In this document: positions 45,253-52,974 of the stretch, piece after piece
How the letters are laid out: the number at the start of each line of letters is the position of its first letter
Position numbering within the stretch: position 1 is the stretch's first letter
From: a bacterium
GTDB lineage: Bacteria; Eisenbacteria; RBG-16-71-46
Length of the DNA stretch: 52,974 nucleotides
Direction of reading: 5' to 3'
Assembly: GCA_031360075.1 (NCBI GenBank)
Contig: JANMAX010000221.1
Span: 1-52,974, forward strand
Program-made: the position numbers and the translations under genes
The notes under the pieces: model-generated
The model's database searches: none
Told to the model about the DNA's origin: nothing
What the model saw: only the letters and a program-made list of their open reading frames with translations

Positions 45253-47381
45253 GCCGCGACCTGTTGTTCGAGATCGGCGTTGAGGAGCTGCCCGCGGGGT
45301 ACGTGCCGCCGGCCGCCGAGCAGCTCGAGCGTGGCGTGCGCGACGGGCTCGACGCGCTGCGGCTGGGGTTTGGTGGCGTGCGCACGTTCAGCACGCCGCG
45401 CCGGCTCACGGTGCTCGTGCATCGCGTCGAGGAGATGCAGACCGACTTCGACGAGGAGGCCATGGGCCCGGCCGCGAAGGTGGCGTTCGAGGCTGACGGC
45501 CGTCCGACCCGCGCGCTGCTCGGTTTCTGCGCCGGCAAGGGCGTCGAGCCCTCGGCCGTGCGCCGCGTCGCCGGCTCCAAGGGTGAATACGTCGCGGTCA
45601 CGGTGCATCACGCCGGCAAGCCGGCACTCGAGGTGCTCCCCGCGATGCTCACCGCAGTGGCGCAGAAGCTGCAGTTCCCGAAGACCATGCGCTGGGACGC
45701 CGGGGACTATCGCTTCGGCCGGCCGGTGCGCTGGCTGCTTGCGCTGCTCGGCACCGACGTCGTGCCGGTGCAGGCGTTCGGGCTGGCCGCCGACCGCGTC
45801 ACGTTCGGGCACCGCTTCCTGCATCCGGGCACGGTCGCCGTCATCGAGCCCGCCACCTACATCGATGCACTGCGCGGCGCCCATGTGCTCGCCGACTCCG
45901 ACGAGCGCCGTCGCCTGGTCGTCGAACAGATCGCCGCCGCCGCCGCCGAACGCGGCGGGCGTGTGGTCGCCGACGAGGAACTGACCGACATCGTCAACTT
46001 CCTGGTCGAGTGGCCCACCACGATCATCGGCTCGTTCCACGTGCGTTACCTTGACCTGCCACGCGAGGTCATCGTGACCGCGCTGCGCGAGCATCAGCGC
46101 TTTTTCGCGGTCGAGCTCGAGAATGCCACGCTGCTGCCGTGCTTCCTCACCGTTCGCAACGGCGACGCCAGTGGCGTCGACACCGTGAGGAAGGGCAACG
46201 AGGACGTCCTCGTCGCCCGGCTCGACGATGCGCGCTTCTACTGGGACACGGACCTGAAGCTCAAGCCCGCCGACTTGGTCGACAGACTCGCGGGTGTGGT
46301 GTGGATGGAGGGGCTGGGCAGTCTGCGCGACAAGGCAACGCGCCTGGAATCGCTCACCGGCTGGCTCGCCGAGCGCCTCGACGCGCCGGCGCGCGAGACC
46401 GCGGTGCGTGCCGCGCTGCTGTGCAAGACCGATCTGCTGGGCGAGATGATCGGCAGCGGCAAGGAGTACGCGAGCCTCGAGGGCATCATGGGCGGGCACT
46501 ATGCGCGCCGTGCCAGCGAGCCCGCAGCGGTCGCCGCGGCCATCAGCGAACACTACTCGCCACGCGGCGCTTCGGACCAGGTGCCGTTCTCGGCCGCCGG
46601 TGCGCTGCTGTCGCTGGCCGACAAGCTCGATCATGTCGCCGGGGCGTTCGTGGCCGGCAAGACGCCAAGCGGCTCGGAAGACCCCTATGGTGTGCGCCGT
46701 GCCGCCAACGGTGCGGTGCGCATCGTCATCGAACGCGGCTGGGCACTGGATCTGCGTGCCGCCGCCATGGAGATCACGCGCGCGTTCTTCGCAGCGGACC
46801 CTGAGCTTCCGCAAGCCGAGATCATGAAGCAACTGGGTGAGTTCCTGCGCTCACGCGTCGACACCGCGCTCGACGACCGCGGCTTGGCCTACGACGTGCG
46901 CGATGCCGCGCTCGAGGCGCGCATCCTCATGCATGGCGTGGCGCGTCCAGGCTGGTGCGACGCCGCCGACGCGCTGGCGCGCGCGCGCGCGCTCGAGGCG
47001 TTCCGCGGCGATCCGCGCTTCGCTCCGCTCGTCATCCTGTTCAAGCGCGTCTCCAACATCCTGCGCGCCGCCACCGATCCGCTGCCGCCGGCGCTCGACA
47101 CGGCCCGGCTCGTCGAATCGCACGAGCAGGCCCTGCTGGCGGCCACGGAGCTGGCGCGCGCACGCACGGCGGCGCACTGGGACAAACGGGAGTACGCCGC
47201 CATCCTGCCCGAACTGCTCGGCATGGGGGACGCGATCCACGGCTTCTTCGACAAGGTCATGGTCAACGTCGATGACGCTGCGGTGCGGCAGAACCGCCTG
47301 CGATTGCTGGGCGATGTCCGCGAGTTGTTCCTGCGCGGCTGGGACCTGTCGAAGGTGGTCGTCGAGGGCGGCAAGGGCTAG
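45249..47381 (+). CDS. glyS: glycine--tRNA ligase beta subunit
   Basis: GTG start overlaps the glyQ stop (GTGA). N-terminal [19 protein letters not shown]. About 710 aa with typical GlyS architecture. Confidence 0.9.
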   Translation: MSRDLLFEIGVEELPAGYVPPAAEQLERGVRDGLDALRLGFGGVRTFSTPRRLTVLVHRVEEMQTDFDEEAMGPAAKVAFEADGRPTRALLGFCAGKGVEPSAVRRVAGSKGEYVAVTVHHAGKPALEVLPAMLTAVAQKLQFPKTMRWDAGDYRFGRPVRWLLALLGTDVVPVQAFGLAADRVTFGHRFLHPGTVAVIEPATYIDALRGAHVLADSDERRRLVVEQIAAAAAERGGRVVADEELTDIVNFLVEWPTTIIGSFHVRYLDLPREVIVTALREHQRFFAVELENATLLPCFLTVRNGDASGVDTVRKGNEDVLVARLDDARFYWDTDLKLKPADLVDRLAGVVWMEGLGSLRDKATRLESLTGWLAERLDAPARETAVRAALLCKTDLLGEMIGSGKEYASLEGIMGGHYARRASEPAAVAAAISEHYSPRGASDQVPFSAAGALLSLADKLDHVAGAFVAGKTPSGSEDPYGVRRAANGAVRIVIERGWALDLRAAAMEITRAFFAADPELPQAEIMKQLGEFLRSRVDTALDDRGLAYDVRDAALEARILMHGVARPGWCDAADALARARALEAFRGDPRFAPLVILFKRVSNILRAATDPLPPALDTARLVESHEQALLAATELARARTAAHWDKREYAAILPELLGMGDAIHGFFDKVMVNVDDAAVRQNRLRLLGDVRELFLRGWDLSKVVVEGGKG

Positions 47382-47559
47382 CTGACTCTCGGTGATCCGG
47401 CATCAGGCCGCCCGCACACGATGTCGCTGACGGCCGAAGCGCCTGCCCAGACACCCATGGCCGCAGAACGTGGCCTCGCTGCGGACGGAAGCGGCGCACA
47501 AGAGCAAAGCCGGGGTGGCGCTGGTCCTCGCCCGCCGGTTCCCCAGGCCGGACATGGCG

Positions 47560-47743
47560 ACTGTGGTGAGCCCGCTGAGCGATCCGAACGCCGTCTCGTC
47601 GCCATCCGCGCAAGTCGTTGCGAACATTGCGGCCCAATTGTCACCGGTGACAGTTGTCCCAATGAGTTTGGTCGAAACGGCGAAGTCAGTGGAGCCACAT
47701 TGCGCCGGTGACTAGGCTCATGCGGTGCATCAGGTCGTCTCGC
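47560..47743 (+). repeat. 184-nt conserved intergenic element, copy B
   Basis: Gapless match to 26649-26832. The identical core is 47606-47662. Lies in the 382-bp convergent gap between the glyS stop (47381) and the stop at 47763. Confidence 0.65.
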
Positions 47744-47762
47744 GGGTGGCCGCGCCTCGAGA

Positions 47763-50215
<2,453 letters not shown>

Positions 50216-50242
50216 CTGGCCTCGGCCCTCGCCCCGCACGCG

Positions 50243-52027
50243 TCAGCGGACGCGCACGAGCATCCGTTCAGCGCTGTGCAGCGGCGTGCGCACCCGCACC
50301 CGGTAGACGCCCGCCGGCAGTCCGCCAGCGTCGGCGGCCGGCATGACGTGCGGCCCTGGAGCGAACCTCCCGAGTTCGCGTTCGAGAACCCGCCGGCCGG
50401 CGATGTCGAACACCTCGAGCATCACCGTGGCCTCCAGTTGCAGCGCGAAGCTCACGCTCCACGGCCCGCGCGAGGGGTTCGGGCTCAGCGGACGAAGCTC
50501 GAGTACACGCAGCGGAAGTGGCGGCTTCACGCCGAGCGCGGCGCGTGTCATGCGCTGCAGCTTGGGTGCCACGTAAGGACCGTCGATCGAGCCGATGCCG
50601 GCGAACAAGTAATCGCCGAGCAGGACCGCGTCGGCGAACACATGGCCGCTGTGCGTTCCGCACACCACCGTGCCACTGTCGGGCCAGCCGGCGACGGGAG
50701 CGCCCCCGCCATCGAGTTCGATGACGCGCGCGAACGACGAGTCGTGCGCGGGGACCGCCGGGTACGCGGCGAGCAGATGGCCGTCGGGAAGCGGCACGAA
50801 CAGGAGGGGTACCGCGGGACCCGACCACGTGGCGGGCACCCCTTCGAGCGCCGGGCCCCACGTGGGTGAGCCGGACTCATCGAGTGTCTGGTAGCGTGCG
50901 GTCCCAAGCGCATCGAGCCATGCGATGGCGTGGGTTGCACCGATGCTCGCGGTCGCGACAGGACCTTGGCTCACAGTGCCCTGCTCGATCCCGAGCGGCC
51001 CCCACAGTTGATTGCCAGCGTCGTCGAGCCATTGCGTGCCGATATGACGCTCGAGCGTGGTCAAGTTCGTGAGCCCGGCTGCGATGAACGTGTAGCCGAA
51101 CACGTCCACGGTGATCCCGAGCACCGCTTCGGCCTCGTTCGGCATGTCGAGCACCTGGGAACCGAACGCGCCCCAGAGCGACTGGCCACTCTGGCTGACG
51201 CGCGCGGCCAGCAAGCTGGTGTTGCCGGCCGGCGATGGGAGCGGCCGCGTCACGACCACCACGGCACCGTTCTGCCGATCACTGATGACGTTCAGCGCGC
51301 TGCGGGGCACGTTCGAGGGCAGCAGGTCGCGACCGGCGAGTCCGCCGGTCCACTGCGGTGTGCCGTCCGGCGAGAAGCGCTGCGCCCGGGTCGCGACATT
51401 GCCTGTGGTGCCCAGGGCCTGCAGCCAGGCGACGACGACGCCGCCCGCGCCGTCCTCGACCATGTCGGCCCAGACGTTCGGGACTTCGGGCGTTCGGAGC
51501 GCGGGCAGCACGATGCCCTGGTCGGGCCAACCCGGGTACAGCACGCCGGCGCTCGTGACGTGCAGCAGCCGCGCGATCGCGGTCTCCCAGCAGCGCACTT
51601 TCGGGAGGAATGGGTTGCACGCTCCGACCAGCACCCACGCGCCGCCCTCGCCATCGGGCAGGACACGCACGAGCTGCGAGCGTGGCTGGTCGGTGGGTGA
51701 GAGCGCGGGAATGAAGAACACCGCGCCCTCCGCGGGCAGGTTGGGATCGAGCCGGCCCTGTTCGAGCACGTGGTGCAGCCGTAGCGTGCCTCGCCCGTTC
51801 GTGGGGCCGCTCTTGTCCTCGCCGGTGGAGTGCGCGCTCACGGCCAGCAACCCGAGGCCCCCGTCGCTCAAGAGCCGAACGGTGCGGCCTTCGCAGCCGG
51901 GCAGCGTGATGCCGTGGTCCCACGCACAGGTCGGGGGCTGGGCATGCACTGGCGCGTTGGCGAGCGTCAGGAGCGCCATGATCACGACCGTGCTGCAGCG
52001 CGAAGGACATCCAAGTGCCCGGATCAT
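50243..52027 (-). CDS. secreted beta-propeller-like repeat protein, paralogous in architecture to 47763..49442, with the same C-terminal sorting-like domain
   Basis: Signal-like N-terminus: VVIMALLTLANAPVHA. Repeats: GGAWVLVG..HVTSAGVLYPGW, GAGGVVVAWLQ..AQRFSPDGTPQW, NGAVVVV..AARVSQSGQSLW, HAIAWLD..YQTLDESGSPTW. C-terminal domain: PNPSRGPWSVSF...GVYRVRV...MLVRVR. The start is uncertain. Confidence 0.7.
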   Translation of the reverse strand: MIRALGCPSRCSTVVIMALLTLANAPVHAQPPTCAWDHGITLPGCEGRTVRLLSDGGLGLLAVSAHSTGEDKSGPTNGRGTLRLHHVLEQGRLDPNLPAEGAVFFIPALSPTDQPRSQLVRVLPDGEGGAWVLVGACNPFLPKVRCWETAIARLLHVTSAGVLYPGWPDQGIVLPALRTPEVPNVWADMVEDGAGGVVVAWLQALGTTGNVATRAQRFSPDGTPQWTGGLAGRDLLPSNVPRSALNVISDRQNGAVVVVTRPLPSPAGNTSLLAARVSQSGQSLWGAFGSQVLDMPNEAEAVLGITVDVFGYTFIAAGLTNLTTLERHIGTQWLDDAGNQLWGPLGIEQGTVSQGPVATASIGATHAIAWLDALGTARYQTLDESGSPTWGPALEGVPATWSGPAVPLLFVPLPDGHLLAAYPAVPAHDSSFARVIELDGGGAPVAGWPDSGTVVCGTHSGHVFADAVLLGDYLFAGIGSIDGPYVAPKLQRMTRAALGVKPPLPLRVLELRPLSPNPSRGPWSVSFALQLEATVMLEVFDIAGRRVLERELGRFAPGPHVMPAADAGGLPAGVYRVRVRTPLHSAERMLVRVR

Positions 52028-52222
52028 GTCATGAGCCTAGCACCGGCCGATCGCGCGGGAAGGCCAACTGTCGGGGATCCCTGGCTCCCGTGCCACCGCT
52101 GCGACCCGGTTCACGAAGGCAGCCGCTGGCGGACGGCCGCTCCGGCAGCAGCGGGTGCATGGCGCCTCGGAAGGGCCGGCCGCGCGGGCTGGGGCCTGCG
52201 GTATGGGAGCATTATTCACCGA

Positions 52223-52232
52223 AGAATATTCT
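52223..52232. promoter_or_regulatory. 10-bp palindrome AGAATATTCT in an AT-rich divergent promoter region (Lrp-box-like)
   Basis: Lies inside the most AT-rich stretch of the window (about 52205-52300), ~90 nt upstream of the lrp-like ATG. It partially matches the Lrp consensus YAGHAWATTWTDCTR. Confidence 0.3.
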
Positions 52233-52317
52233 GCATTTTATAACATCTTCAGTACGCTATTCACTTGAATCGGTTCTTTGGCAGAAGCATCATCAAGCCA
52301 CACTCGGAGGTGATGCC

Positions 52318-52817
52318 ATGCTCGACGACCTCGATGCCATCGACCGCAGACTGTTGGACATGCTCCAGAAGGAAGGCCGCACCTCCAACGCCGATCTGGC
52401 GCGCGCCGTGAAGATGGCGCCCAGTGCCGTGTTCGAACGCGTGCGCCGGCTCGAACCGACGGCGTCATCCGTGGTTACCACGCCCGGCTCGACGCCCGTG
52501 CGCTCGACTGCTCGCTGCTGGCGTTCATCCTGGTGCGCACCGACGAGCGCATCGGCGAGAACACCGCGGGGGCTGAACTCGCACGCGTGCCCGAAGTGCT
52601 CGAAGTGCATCACGTCGCCGGTCAGGACAGTTACCTGGTGAAGGTGCGTGTGAAGGATCCCGAATCGCTGGGCCGGTTGCTGCGCGAGCGCTTCGGCGCC
52701 ATTCGCGGCGTGCGCTCCACGCAGAGCACGATCGCGCTCGAGACGCTCAAGGAGGACAGTGCGCTGCCGCTCGAGCCGCCGCCCGCGGCAGCCGAAACGG
52801 AGCGCCTGCGTGCCTGA
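52318..52817 (+). pseudogene. Lrp/AsnC-family transcriptional regulator with a 1-nt frameshift near 52456
   Basis: GGAGG + ATG at 52318. The HTH half, MLDDLDAIDRRLLDMLQKEGRTSNADLARAVKMAPSAVFERVRRLE, is in one frame. The continuation, DGVIRGYHARLDARALDCSLLAFILVRTDE...VHHVAGQDSYLVKVRV (RAM domain), is in the +1 frame (ORF 52533..52817). This could be a genuine pseudogene or an assembly error. Confidence 0.7.
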
Positions 52818-52974
52818 GTTGCTCGCCCGGCGAGGGCGCGTGCTGCTGGTGCTGTCGTTCCTGTGCATCTGGTTCGTGTGGGGCAGCACGTTCCTGACCA
52901 TCCGGCATGTCATCCACACCATCCCGCCGCTGCTCATGTGCGGGCTGCGGCTGCTCGCGGCCGGTGCGCTGCTC
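52810..52974 (+). CDS. EamA/DMT-family transporter, 5' partial (runs off the window)
   Basis: GTG overlaps the lrp-like stop. Contains VLLVLSFLCIWFVWGSTFLTIRHVIHTIPPLLMCGLRLLAAGALL, typical of the first EamA repeat. An Lrp regulator next to an exporter is a common pairing. Confidence 0.6.
   Translation, partial: MPELLARRGRVLLVLSFLCIWFVWGSTFLTIRHVIHTIPPLLMCGLRLLAAGALL

Noticed and set aside
45060-46832. 590-aa minus-strand ORF antisense to glyS. Similar long shadow ORFs occur at 20693..22225, 5020..6555, 28991..30802, 25719..27095, 15113..16267, 31994..33379 and 11193..12665.
   Set aside because: All overlap well-supported genes or noncoding gaps. All have extreme Arg/Ala/Pro/Gly composition and lack family motifs.

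Overview
This is a very GC-rich bacterial chromosomal segment. I saw no rRNA, tRNA, CRISPR array, transposase or integrase. About 45 protein genes are supportable.

Gene content:
- Housekeeping genes: hisS-aspS, glyQ-glyS, a phoH / 7TM-HD (PgpH-like) / ybeY / recO neighbourhood, and pyrR.
- A methylcrotonyl-CoA-carboxylase-type (leucine catabolism) gene set, split into two blocks.
- A methyltransferase followed by an NtrC-type sigma-54 activator and a sensor kinase.
- An ECF sigma / anti-sigma / DUF4097 module, followed by a HlyD + MacB-type ATPase + ADOP-type permease efflux operon.
- Three secreted proteins ending in the same ~75-aa FlgD-Ig / T9SS-sorting-like C-terminal domain. Together with the ADOP permease this hints at a Gemmatimonadota / Eisenbacteria / FCB-like lineage. 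That is inference only.

Most interesting unexplained signals:
1. A 184-nt noncoding element occurs twice (26649-26832 and 47560-47743). It has an invariant 57-nt core and a palindromic hairpin, and no reading frame explains the conservation.
2. Two intergenic tandem arrays have periods that are not multiples of three (3 x 43 bp and 5 x 32 bp). Both share a GAGCCGAAC core.
3. A zinc-ribbon / polytopic Ser/Thr kinase has a catalytic loop that reads HRVLNPSN instead of HRDLKPxN, so it is a predicted pseudokinase.
4. A wHTH + minimal-nucleotidyltransferase TA-like pair has a perfect palindromic operator. It lies next to about 770 bp of ORF-poor DNA that may be a decayed mobile-element edge.
5. 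An identical CCTTTACA...N...TCC(A/G)A promoter-like architecture lies upstream of the ECF sigma gene and of the efflux operon.
6. An NYN-zinc ribbon-cold-shock fusion protein.

I do not see a clear multi-gene defence system, and none of these signals is proven novel.

Coordinates of noncoding features were indexed by hand and cross-checked against ORF-track anchors. All family calls come from motif recognition by eye.
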